A stretch of 64,000 nt of DNA from positions 18,803 to 82,802 of IMG/VR virus record IMGVR_UViG_3300045988_103544; one strand, written 5' to 3'. A program made the position numbers and the translations under genes. The DNA comes from a virus. The notes below the pieces were generated by a model. The model ran no database searches. It worked only from the letters and a program-made list of their open reading frames with translations, and had not been told where the DNA came from. Position 1 is the first letter of the stretch; each line of letters begins with the position of its first letter. This document shows, one piece after another, positions 11,396 through 20,663 of this stretch.

Positions 11396-12137
11396 TTAAA
11401 ATATTGTCATCATTATTGGTTTCATTATGGTCATCTGCGATTTCTTCTTCTTCCTCACCATATTCAAAGTTATGGATAGTATCTAAAACCTTCTGCATAT
11501 TAGGTTCAATCAGTTTATCTTTAAAACATCCATCAACACTACGACAAGTATCGTTACCATTGGTTTTGGTTCTAAAGAAATAACTAATATTGCCCTCATT
11601 ATCAACCTGACGTTCAGTATATAAAATATAAGAAAATAAACCATCAATATTTACAGTTCTATCCAACATTTTACCACTAGAATATAACTGCCAATGTTCA
11701 TCGAGGTCAGTACCAGCATTAATAATATGACTAATGAATACTACATTAAGATCTTCACGCAGTTCACTAGCTTCCATGATTAAATCATAGTAATTTTTAG
11801 CAAACACAACGTGCTTATCCCAACCTTTGTCAAGGGCAGAATCCATTATATTATTTGAAAGACAATAGTTAGCATCATCTACGACTACTGTCTTAATATC
11901 AGAACGTAATTTATCAATAATCTTTAACCACTTACCAATAGTAGTATAATCATTAGACACAAGCCAATTTCCAACTGGCTTCTTATTTACAACTTCAGCT
12001 TTCTTGTACTTACGTCTAAATCCAGGAATTTGAAGTTGCTTGTTAGTACAACTAATGATAAATGTTGATTTATAATCTAAATAACGCAAAGAAGTGCTTT
12101 TTCCGGTACCACTCAAACCTGCTAAACCAATAATCAT
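11382..12137 (-). CDS. P-loop NTPase (kinase-like)
   Basis: N-terminal Walker A, MIIGLAGLSGTGKST. Confidence 0.5.
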   Translation of the reverse strand: MIIGLAGLSGTGKSTSLRYLDYKSTFIISCTNKQLQIPGFRRKYKKAEVVNKKPVGNWLVSNDYTTIGKWLKIIDKLRSDIKTVVVDDANYCLSNNIMDSALDKGWDKHVVFAKNYYDLIMEASELREDLNVVFISHIINAGTDLDEHWQLYSSGKMLDRTVNIDGLFSYILYTERQVDNEGNISYFFRTKTNGNDTCRSVDGCFKDKLIEPNMQKVLDTIHNFEYGEEEEEIADDHNETNNDDNILNEAN

Positions 12138-13216
12138 AAACTATAGTCTAATTTACTTTTCACTTTTTCATCTTTATCTTCATTCTTTATTGTATTATCT
12201 GTTGAACTGTTATTTGTAGCTCGATATCTAGAATAATCAAAGATTTCTTCTGGCTTAGGCATTTCCATCCACTTATTTACTGCTCCGTCAAAGAAACAGC
12301 AATCAGCTACTTGGTTTTCTCCATATCTTGACTTTAGTACAAGAATACTTCGAAACCTATAACCCATTTCTTTAACTTGGTAACCTCTATAAGTTATTCT
12401 TTTATCAACTTGAGGATTATATACAGCTAAAATAATTTCAGAATTCTCTGAAACAGTGGATGTTTCCTTAATATCCTCCACCATTGGCTCCATGAAAGCT
12501 TCATTCTTTTTTCTTTCCATGTTAGCCACTGCTCTATTGGATTGCATAACAATAATTGGAGATAATCCTGTTTTATTTCTAATGATAACTAATTTATTAG
12601 TATAATCATCAATTTCTCCTTTTCTGTTCCTTCCATTGGATGGTTGGATCAATCCAACATGGTCAGTTACTGAAAGTATTACTTTTTCAGGGTCTTTCGG
12701 AATATATTTATTCTCTGTAAATTCTCCTTCTTTTTTAAGCTCTTCCATTGTAACTTTTATGAGCCTATCAGAATTAAAAGAGCCTTCGTATATAGTTAGT
12801 ACTTTATATACTTTTTCTAGCCAATCATATCCTAGTTGTACATACTCATATAAATCATCAGGTAAAATATAATCTTTACCTATAGATAATATTTGTTTAG
12901 CAGTCACAACAATATGATAGGTATCATATAAATAGGTACTTAATAATTTAGCTATAATAAAGTCTTCTTTCATTTCAAGAGCAAAGAAAATAATTTTTAA
13001 TTTATTATCTTCTAAATGTTCTTTTAAAGGAGCATATATGTAAGAATATAATACACATGAACTTTTACCTTGTCCTGAACTCGCAAATAAAAGAGTCATG
13101 GTACTTTTAGTAATACCTCCTATTAATTCTTCCAATTTAGGAAGACCCATACTAAATCCTTGATTAAGTCCTTGTCTACCAAGCTCTATCGAACGTTTAA
13201 AACTTTCTAAACTCAC
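12134..13216 (-). CDS. RecA-fold ATPase, DnaB/gp4-like helicase domain protein
   Basis: Walker A LLFASSGQGKSS, later VTDHVGLIQ. Confidence 0.45.
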   Translation of the reverse strand: MSLESFKRSIELGRQGLNQGFSMGLPKLEELIGGITKSTMTLLFASSGQGKSSCVLYSYIYAPLKEHLEDNKLKIIFFALEMKEDFIIAKLLSTYLYDTYHIVVTAKQILSIGKDYILPDDLYEYVQLGYDWLEKVYKVLTIYEGSFNSDRLIKVTMEELKKEGEFTENKYIPKDPEKVILSVTDHVGLIQPSNGRNRKGEIDDYTNKLVIIRNKTGLSPIIVMQSNRAVANMERKKNEAFMEPMVEDIKETSTVSENSEIILAVYNPQVDKRITYRGYQVKEMGYRFRSILVLKSRYGENQVADCCFFDGAVNKWMEMPKPEEIFDYSRYRATNNSSTDNTIKNEDKDEKVKSKLDYSL

Positions 13217-13824
13217 AGAGTGGTGATTGAATTATAATTCATACCTGAATCTCCATTCTTTAAAGCTTCAAGGTCTTCCCATTTTTCATCTACAATAAAT
13301 GTAGCTAAGCTATAATTAATAATACCATTATCAGTATTAGCTTCCCAATCTAGTAAATCAATAATCTTTTTATGAAGTTCTTCATTCCAATGGATTTTCT
13401 TTCCATAAGTTCTATAAGCATCTTCAAGACTATTAAACTTTTTAGAAACACCTAGCATACTAGTTAAGCATCCATTAATATTTCTAAATCTAGGATAATG
13501 TTCTCTAAGTTCTTTTCCCATTTCAAAGGAACTCTTAGCTAAACATTTTAGGAAGTTTTTATTAAATGGTATCTCTTCAGGAACTAATTTCATTCCTGGA
13601 ATAATTTTATAACTTTTAAGGATAAGACCTTTATCTTGTAAAGATTTAAGTATATCTATAAAACTTCCTACATACTTTTTATCAATAGCCAAATACCTAC
13701 GAAGATAATCTTCTGAATAATCTTCTATATAAGCATTAATAGCTTTAATAACAAATAATTCAGTAGGAGTAATATTATATTTTTCTAAAATTGTTATTTC
13801 TTCATCAATGTTTAAATCAAACAT
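13213..13824 (-). CDS. hypothetical protein (203 aa)
   Basis: Minus ORF. Confidence 0.45.
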   Translation of the reverse strand: MFDLNIDEEITILEKYNITPTELFVIKAINAYIEDYSEDYLRRYLAIDKKYVGSFIDILKSLQDKGLILKSYKIIPGMKLVPEEIPFNKNFLKCLAKSSFEMGKELREHYPRFRNINGCLTSMLGVSKKFNSLEDAYRTYGKKIHWNEELHKKIIDLLDWEANTDNGIINYSLATFIVDEKWEDLEALKNGDSGMNYNSITTL

Positions 13825-13902
13825 ACAGTAATTCGGATAATTAAAAGTCTTCCATACTGTAATTAAGTTAATCTCTTCTCAGAGCGATATTAATACATAG
13901 AT

Positions 13903-15192
13903 TCAGAATCTAAAATCAAATTTAGGAACTATCTTTTCACCTGGGGTAAAGTCTTTACCTTGTAATACTTTATCCAATTCTGATTCGTCTATAGTTATAA
14001 AAGAATCTCCCTTATGAGAATCATAAAACCACTTGGTCTCTTGAGTCCTATTTAATACTATATTGAATATCTCTGCTGTCTTACCTTTTTCAAAGCGGAT
14101 TGATCTTCCTCTCCGTTGACAAGCTCTAGTAGTTGAACTATCTAATCCAAATATAATAGCTACAGAAAGACCTTTTACATTAAGTCCTTCATCAGCTTTT
14201 TTTACTGTAGATAATAGAGTTACCTTTCCAGAGTTAAAATCTTCAATAGCTGTAGCACTTCTTTTCTTAGAAGTTCTACTAGAATATACAGTAGCATTAG
14301 GAATTTTTTCTGCCATTTTAATATTATTAGCAAAAGTTATTATTTTTTTATCCTTTCTAGCTTCTATAATTTTCTTTACTATTTCAATTTTCTTTGGATG
14401 ATTATTTATGAAAGCTTTTTTCTCATGCATAGTAGACCAAAATCTGATAGCATGATAATTTATACTTTGTAATACTTCAGACTTTTTATTAGGATCACTA
14501 CACATAGAATCTCTTAGGAGTAGCTTATTTCGCCAACCCATAGGACCAGCTAATTTATTAACTAACTCCCAAGAGAATCCGAAGAATTCAAAATGAGAAA
14601 TGAATTCTTTATTTATTTTTTCATATTCTTCTAAATCATCAACATTTACTAAGACTAGATATTCTTTATATGGGCTAACCCAACCATTTGCAAGACAAGT
14701 ATTAATATCAATAGTATCAATTACTGGGCAGTATTTTGCTAATATTTTATCTCTACCATCAAGACGCTCAAAAGTAGCTGTAAGACCTAAGATAAATTGG
14801 TATTTTACTACTTCAAATAATCTTACAAAAGTCTCAGCTGCATATCTATGCGTTTCATCCAGTACTAAAAGATCATATTTGGCAGGATGTTTTATTACAG
14901 TGTTTATTATTTGTACATCACAACTTAATCCTAGCCCATTAGAATCTATATGACCACACCATTGTTTTTGTAAAGTTTCTGTTGGCACAATTATTAGTAC
15001 TCGATATTGTGGAAAGTGTTTTAACACTGTTTTAATACAGTTTAGTCCTATTCTGCTCTTACCAAATCCAGTAGATGCGACTATTGTCCCTACACAACGA
15101 TTTTTTATCCATTTTCTACGACACTCTTCTTGTCGTTCATCTCTAGTGATTTTATGAAATAGTTCTCCTTCAATCAGAGAGTTTGTAGCCAT
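13903..15192 (-). CDS. Superfamily-2 DEAH-box helicase
   Basis: Motif I VASTGFGKS, motif II LVLDETH, motif VI QRRGRSIR. Confidence 0.65.
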   Translation of the reverse strand: MATNSLIEGELFHKITRDERQEECRRKWIKNRCVGTIVASTGFGKSRIGLNCIKTVLKHFPQYRVLIIVPTETLQKQWCGHIDSNGLGLSCDVQIINTVIKHPAKYDLLVLDETHRYAAETFVRLFEVVKYQFILGLTATFERLDGRDKILAKYCPVIDTIDINTCLANGWVSPYKEYLVLVNVDDLEEYEKINKEFISHFEFFGFSWELVNKLAGPMGWRNKLLLRDSMCSDPNKKSEVLQSINYHAIRFWSTMHEKKAFINNHPKKIEIVKKIIEARKDKKIITFANNIKMAEKIPNATVYSSRTSKKRSATAIEDFNSGKVTLLSTVKKADEGLNVKGLSVAIIFGLDSSTTRACQRRGRSIRFEKGKTAEIFNIVLNRTQETKWFYDSHKGDSFITIDESELDKVLQGKDFTPGEKIVPKFDFRF

Positions 15193-16156
15193 TGTAATCA
15201 GCTACTGCTTTGATTTGTTTAATACGCTTCTCCCACTCTGAAGCTTGCCATCTAACCTTATTTTCGAGATGCAGTAAAACTTTATCTCTTAAGGTTTCCA
15301 ATTGTACTTTAGTCAGATCATTATAACGCTTATCATATTTATCCTTACGGAAGGTAAGCATTGCGCTAAACTCTTTTAGAGTTAAGCCTTTTCTATCATC
15401 AATTTTTAAAACAAGACCTTTTCTATCTTCAGGATTCTTAGGGTCTCTCAATTTAATATTTAGAAGTTCAGCAACTTGCTTAATTCTATCTACTAAACGA
15501 CCATTCTCGTCTTTTTTATTTAATTCTAATAACTCAGAACGTGTAAACCACAATCCAAGCTCAGTAATAAATGTAAGAGTAATGTGTTTACGGGCACATT
15601 TACCTAAAGCAGATAAACAAGCTTCTCTAACGATATACAATGGTAATGAAGCAAACATGGTAAATGAATCTTCATCACTATTCATAATATCATTAAGAGT
15701 CCACTCTTTAAAGAGAGTCTCTGCAATAGCACTAACATTTGTCTCGCCCTCACCACTTTCTGCATTCTCTTTAGCAAACTGTTCTGCCTGAGCAGTAATC
15801 TGCTGATTGAGCATATTAAAGAAACTAGTTCTTACAATACCTTGTCTAGTACTACCTTCACCTGGGTACAATAGCCAAATTAAGAACAACTCAGCATTAC
15901 AGCGAGTTCTTTGATCTTCAATCTGTTCCAACAAAACTCGTCGTCCAGGATTTTCATAGTTGTCACTATAAAGCATTGATTCACAATGTTTATATGCTTT
16001 ATGTAATTCTTCTTCAGTCATATCTACCATTTTCATGGAAGATTGAATGCGTTCACCATCTACAATTTTTCTGGAACCTTTCCAGAGAAATGTTTCTACA
16101 TCATTATTCTTAGCTTCAAAAGCTTGATTGAGTTTATCACCTAAAACTGTTGTCAT
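15170..16156 (-). CDS. hypothetical protein (328 aa)
   Basis: Minus ORF. Confidence 0.5.
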   Translation of the reverse strand: MTTVLGDKLNQAFEAKNNDVETFLWKGSRKIVDGERIQSSMKMVDMTEEELHKAYKHCESMLYSDNYENPGRRVLLEQIEDQRTRCNAELFLIWLLYPGEGSTRQGIVRTSFFNMLNQQITAQAEQFAKENAESGEGETNVSAIAETLFKEWTLNDIMNSDEDSFTMFASLPLYIVREACLSALGKCARKHITLTFITELGLWFTRSELLELNKKDENGRLVDRIKQVAELLNIKLRDPKNPEDRKGLVLKIDDRKGLTLKEFSAMLTFRKDKYDKRYNDLTKVQLETLRDKVLLHLENKVRWQASEWEKRIKQIKAVADYNGYKLSD

Positions 16157-16172
16157 AAATCTTAAAGATTAT

Positions 16173-16511
16173 TTATTGTATTATTACATCATCTACGTTT
16201 TTAGGTCTCTGAGGGACAAACTTAATAAACCAGACATTATTATATCTGTATTTCTGTTGTGTGTCTCCATCGTACCATTCATCTATCCCTGCTATTACAG
16301 GCTTCACTTCAAGATAACCAATATCCCCATAATTTATAGTAGCAGCGCTCCAATTAGGAGGTTGAGTACACATAAGGTATTTAGTCTTTTCTCTAAGCTT
16401 ATCCTCATTATCTAACAATTCGAATACATATATCACATAGCCTAAGCTATCATTAAATTTCTCAAGTAATTTACTATAAACAACCATTAATTGATAAATA
16501 AATTTCCGCAA
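16173..16511 (-). CDS. hypothetical protein (112 aa)
   Basis: Minus ORF. Confidence 0.4.
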   Translation of the reverse strand: MRKFIYQLMVVYSKLLEKFNDSLGYVIYVFELLDNEDKLREKTKYLMCTQPPNWSAATINYGDIGYLEVKPVIAGIDEWYDGDTQQKYRYNNVWFIKFVPQRPKNVDDVIIQ

Positions 16512-16719
16512 TAATATGGTAATCCTTTTTCAAGGCGTAAATATTATTTATCAATTTTTAGTAATTTTAGTTATCTAGGATTATAATTTCTGCATCCATA
16601 CTTAGCAAAATTACATTTAAGCATGTCCATATTTACTAAGCATTTATATCTTTTACAATTCTTACAATCTCTATCTGGAAATTTAAATTTCTTACCGTCA
16701 GTATCCTTTATGTAAGTAT

Positions 16720-17085
16720 CTAATGTATTAGAGCACATATTATAGATAATATACTTATACCTCCAAATAAATAATTCAATTTTGATAATTTTTTATTTTG
16801 TATATACAATTCATTATTTTTATCAGATTGAATCTTTATTTGATAATTTTTATATGTTAGCGTACTATCCAGCGTATTTACTAAAGATTTGTAGTTATTT
16901 ATTTGAATTTTTTGTAGACTATCATTTACTAGTAAATATTTATGCTCATTAAAAATAAGATTAGTTATTTTTAATTGATACGGTGTCAATAAGAAGTTTT
17001 CTCCCGACTTCTTGAATGTAGTTTGTGAAAAACTGCATGTCGCTATCAGGAGACTGCTTAATAATATTGTCCTTCTCTTTAACAT
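16720..17085 (-). CDS. putative lipoprotein/secreted protein
   Basis: Internal start MLKRRTILLSSLLIATCSFSQ (signal peptide with Cys); overlaps the next ORF, so one of the two may be shorter. Confidence 0.3.
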   Translation of the reverse strand: MLKRRTILLSSLLIATCSFSQTTFKKSGENFLLTPYQLKITNLIFNEHKYLLVNDSLQKIQINNYKSLVNTLDSTLTYKNYQIKIQSDKNNELYIQNKKLSKLNYLFGGISILSIICALIH

Positions 17086-17293
17086 AGATAGTTTTATTAT
17101 AGTAGATAGCAGTATCACACTTATTGATATCAACTTTAATAGAATTTTTCTTACTATTTAATGAGTCTATTTTTCTTTCTAAGGTATCTGTAGGCATTAC
17201 AGTAGTAGATTTAAACCCTTTATATAAAAAGATAGTAGCTCCTATAATAGTAATAAAAATTAATATTAAAATTAATCTATCTAAAAGTTTCAT
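16961..17293 (-). CDS. membrane-anchored hypothetical protein (110 aa)
   Basis: N-terminal TM helix LILILIFITIIGATIFLY. Confidence 0.4.
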   Translation of the reverse strand: MKLLDRLILILIFITIIGATIFLYKGFKSTTVMPTDTLERKIDSLNSKKNSIKVDINKCDTAIYYNKTIYVKEKDNIIKQSPDSDMQFFTNYIQEVGRKLLIDTVSIKNN

Positions 17294-17715
17294 TAATCTG
17301 CTACTGCCTTATTATATAAAGCTGCTTTTTGAGCTAAAGCTTTAGCTTTTTCATATTTATCTTTAGCTTTAGCATATGCCACACTATACTGCTCAGGATA
17401 TTGTTTTACGTGATTAACTTCATTATCAAGTATATATTTTACAGTCTCAATATTAAGAAGTCCTGCTCTACCTAATAGTACGTTGGTACTTCTATCACTA
17501 ATACTTTTACCATAAGCAATTTTCTTACCAAGTTCGTTGTTGTGTTTATCTACCGGATTACAGAAAGATACTCCAAAACTAAGAATTCTAGTAGGATTTT
17601 CAAATACAGCACTTTCTCTAAGAACAGCGCATACTACAAAGTAATGATCTTTACCTTCAAAGTCTACAAAACTACCTTCTCTGTAATCTACGAGTTTCTG
17701 CTTAGTGTTTGTCAT
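17293..17715 (-). CDS. hypothetical protein (140 aa)
   Basis: Minus ORF. Confidence 0.45.
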   Translation of the reverse strand: MTNTKQKLVDYREGSFVDFEGKDHYFVVCAVLRESAVFENPTRILSFGVSFCNPVDKHNNELGKKIAYGKSISDRSTNVLLGRAGLLNIETVKYILDNEVNHVKQYPEQYSVAYAKAKDKYEKAKALAQKAALYNKAVAD

Positions 17716-17977
17716 AATTTTTTAAATTTGGAATTATTAATAATATAATCTAGAGGAGCTGATACTAAGTCAATGGATTTTATAATTCTGTATCCAATTT
17801 TTTTAGTAACTTGTATCCTCTCTTTAAGAGGTTTACTTGAAGATATAAACTTGCTACCTAGCAATTCCTCTCTATCTTTATAGTGAGCATATGCTGTAAG
17901 TTCATAGACGAACATCTTAGAAACTGTAATGTCTCTATGATGTTCGTCTCTCCAAGTAGTTATAGGAATGGACTTAA

Positions 17978-18295
17978 TCATTCCTCCATCAAAGTAGTAT
18001 TGTTAGGAGTTTCCCCCACAATATCATATAATCTATGAAGTTCTTTTGTATAGGAATCTAAATATTGTTGCATAGTAAAAGCCTTTTCAGAATTAGCTTT
18101 AGCTACTCTATATCTAGCAATTGATGCCATAGCTCCAGATAAGGTTAATCCATATCCTGCTAAAGTAAGTTCCTCTCTAGCCTCTCTAGTTTTAGATTTG
18201 GCATTAACGGTCTTCATAATATATAAATCCCAATGAGGACAACTTTCATCATTTGTTGAAGATCTTAATTCAAAATCAGACTCTTTAATTATCAT
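17978..18295 (-). CDS. hypothetical protein (105 aa)
   Basis: Minus ORF. Confidence 0.4.
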   Translation of the reverse strand: MIIKESDFELRSSTNDESCPHWDLYIMKTVNAKSKTREAREELTLAGYGLTLSGAMASIARYRVAKANSEKAFTMQQYLDSYTKELHRLYDIVGETPNNTTLMEE

Positions 18296-18969
18296 AGATT
18301 ACTTTGATCCAATACCACCAGGTCTTGTTGTTGCATTCTTTACTGTTTGAGGGAGCTTATCCCACCATACCTGCTTCTGACGAAGTCTTTCAAGCTTTGC
18401 CTTATACTTCATTTTAACTAGAATTGAAAATTAAAAGAAAATTAATCATCTGTGTAATATTAAAATTATCTAGGTAAAATACCATAATTTAGTCATAGAC
18501 ACATCTAGAATAGCCTACAAACTTCTAAATTTAGAATCATGAACAATTTATCACTCTAGAAATGAAAATGTCTTAGAGAGACTCTGAGACATTGCCTTCA
18601 AAGTGCTCATCAGCATACTTACGAGCATCTTTGATATCATCGAAATATCTACTTGGTTTTAATCGGTCACTACGTTTTACCGCAATTTTACCACCAGTAG
18701 TACGATAAATAGTAATAGTGTCCACTGTTGCTTTTACAATTTCTTTAGCCATAATTAATTATTTTTAAAAATTTTACTTAAAGTTTCTGTTAATTCAGGA
18801 TATAGGTAATACAGTGCTAATAACGTATTTATAATTGGACATACTAATATTAATATTGTTATTATATTAGTAGGAACATTAATTTCAGTCCATCTGTCTA
18901 TAACAGCAAATGCAGATCCAATATAAATAGTTATACCTGCAACAATTATTATTGATATAACTAAATACA

Positions 18970-19383
18970 TTATTCTAATAATTCTAAACTAGCATTACTA
19001 GCTAATTCATCCGCTAGATTATTACCAAAACAATCTTGATGTCCCCTAACATGGGTAAATTTAATATTTTTTATTAAAGATTTAACTCTTTCATATTCTT
19101 TATCTAAAATATTCCAGAGCTCTACATTCTTTTTTTTCTTCCATCCTTTAGTAAGACATCCTAATACATATTGACTGTCACTTATAAATTCTACTTCATC
19201 TATTGGAGTTTTAATGGACTTAAAAGCACATAGCATAGCAATTAATTCCATTTTATTATTAGTAGTATGTTTAAAGCCTTTAGAGTATTTTTTAAATACT
19301 TTATCATCCTTCATCCATACTATTCCAATACCTCCCTGGTCAATAGAAGATTTATAAGCACCATCAGTATAAATCTGTAACAT
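18970..19383 (-). CDS. rnhA: Ribonuclease H (RNase HI-like)
   Basis: MLQIYTDGAY...NNKMELIAML...FISDSQYV...THVRGHQD, the RNase H catalytic D/E/D/D pattern. Confidence 0.75.
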   Translation of the reverse strand: MLQIYTDGAYKSSIDQGGIGIVWMKDDKVFKKYSKGFKHTTNNKMELIAMLCAFKSIKTPIDEVEFISDSQYVLGCLTKGWKKKKNVELWNILDKEYERVKSLIKNIKFTHVRGHQDCFGNNLADELASNASLELLE

Positions 19384-19385
19384 AG

Positions 19386-19712
19386 TTATAAAGATATGTA
19401 ATCTGCATATTCAAATACTATTCCGTTCTTTTCAGGATCAAAATACGTTGTAGACATACAAAAAGTATCAAAACTATGATCTTTTCTATAACCATTTAAT
19501 AAATCCCTAACATACTTTTCAGTATCCTCTATTGTGGAAATATAACAGTGTCCCTCACCTTTAATAACAATTCGTACATCTGAAGCATCATCTAAATCTC
19601 CAGTACTAGAACTAATTTCCCAAGTTCTATTATCTGTAAATAATGCTTCTAACTCTAAATTAATGTCATGAATTAAGTTAGGGTCTAATTCATTTTTATT
19701 TATAATGATCAT
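19386..19712 (-). CDS. hypothetical protein (108 aa)
   Basis: Minus ORF. Confidence 0.4.
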   Translation of the reverse strand: MIIINKNELDPNLIHDINLELEALFTDNRTWEISSSTGDLDDASDVRIVIKGEGHCYISTIEDTEKYVRDLLNGYRKDHSFDTFCMSTTYFDPEKNGIVFEYADYISL

Positions 19713-19853
19713 TTTTATTCCAAAGTATTAAATAACAACGTTCTCCTTCTAAATTTGAATACCACAATATACATTGGTTATCTGTAATATCTAATCTTGG
19801 ATCAATTATGATTATTACCAAAATAATAGTTATAATAAGTCCCAAAATATACA

Positions 19854-20663
19854 TTAGATAACCTTAAACATTGTAACATTCTCAGGAAGATTGTCCCAGT
19901 CTTTATAAGAATTAGTAAACCATACGTGATTAAAGTTTTCTGATAGATTCTTTATACCCTTAGGATTTACCATATGAGTAATTGCGATATTCAAACGTTC
20001 CTTAGGAATACCTAAAGCATTAAATGCTTTAGTAATACCACAAAAAGTGCCTCCACCATCACATAAATCATCAAGAATTAATAATGGTTTATCACTAATT
20101 ATTTCAGGATTGTCTATTTTAATCTCTAAGATTCTTCCAGTAGTTAAATCTCGAACTTTACTACAAGTAATTGCTGTACGATTATATCTGAATTCATTTC
20201 TCTTTTCAGCTCCAGCATCTGGGAAAACTAATTGAAATTCTCTCCAAGTATTATTAGATGGATTCTTTTCAGCGTAAAGAGGCATGAATTTAACTCCGAA
20301 TCTAGGATCATAATAAACATCAGAATGAGGTTCTAAAATTTCAATAGTCTCTGCATTACAATTTTTTAATACATTTAAGACTATTTTTAAAGTGAATGGT
20401 CTATTGAAAACCATTACTCGATCCATTCTCATACTCATTAAGTAATAGATATTTATTTTATATAGAACTTCATGTCTATCAAGGATATCTAAAACTTGCA
20501 TAAGTATAAATAAGTCTTCAGCATTAGTAATTCTACATTGCACTAATACTTGCTCCTTATGGCTGAATTCTTCTAATGAAATTTGAACTTCCCCATCAGG
20601 GAATCTAGAGATAGAATACTTAATATCACTATCTTCTAAATGTACTAAATTTAATTGTTGCAT
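19854..20663 (-). CDS. Ribose-phosphate pyrophosphokinase homolog (PRPP synthetase / possible ADPR-PP synthetase)
   Basis: PRPP-binding motif LLILDDLCDGGGTFCGI; start overlaps the NAMPT gene. Confidence 0.65.
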   Translation of the reverse strand: MQQLNLVHLEDSDIKYSISRFPDGEVQISLEEFSHKEQVLVQCRITNAEDLFILMQVLDILDRHEVLYKINIYYLMSMRMDRVMVFNRPFTLKIVLNVLKNCNAETIEILEPHSDVYYDPRFGVKFMPLYAEKNPSNNTWREFQLVFPDAGAEKRNEFRYNRTAITCSKVRDLTTGRILEIKIDNPEIISDKPLLILDDLCDGGGTFCGITKAFNALGIPKERLNIAITHMVNPKGIKNLSENFNHVWFTNSYKDWDNLPENVTMFKVI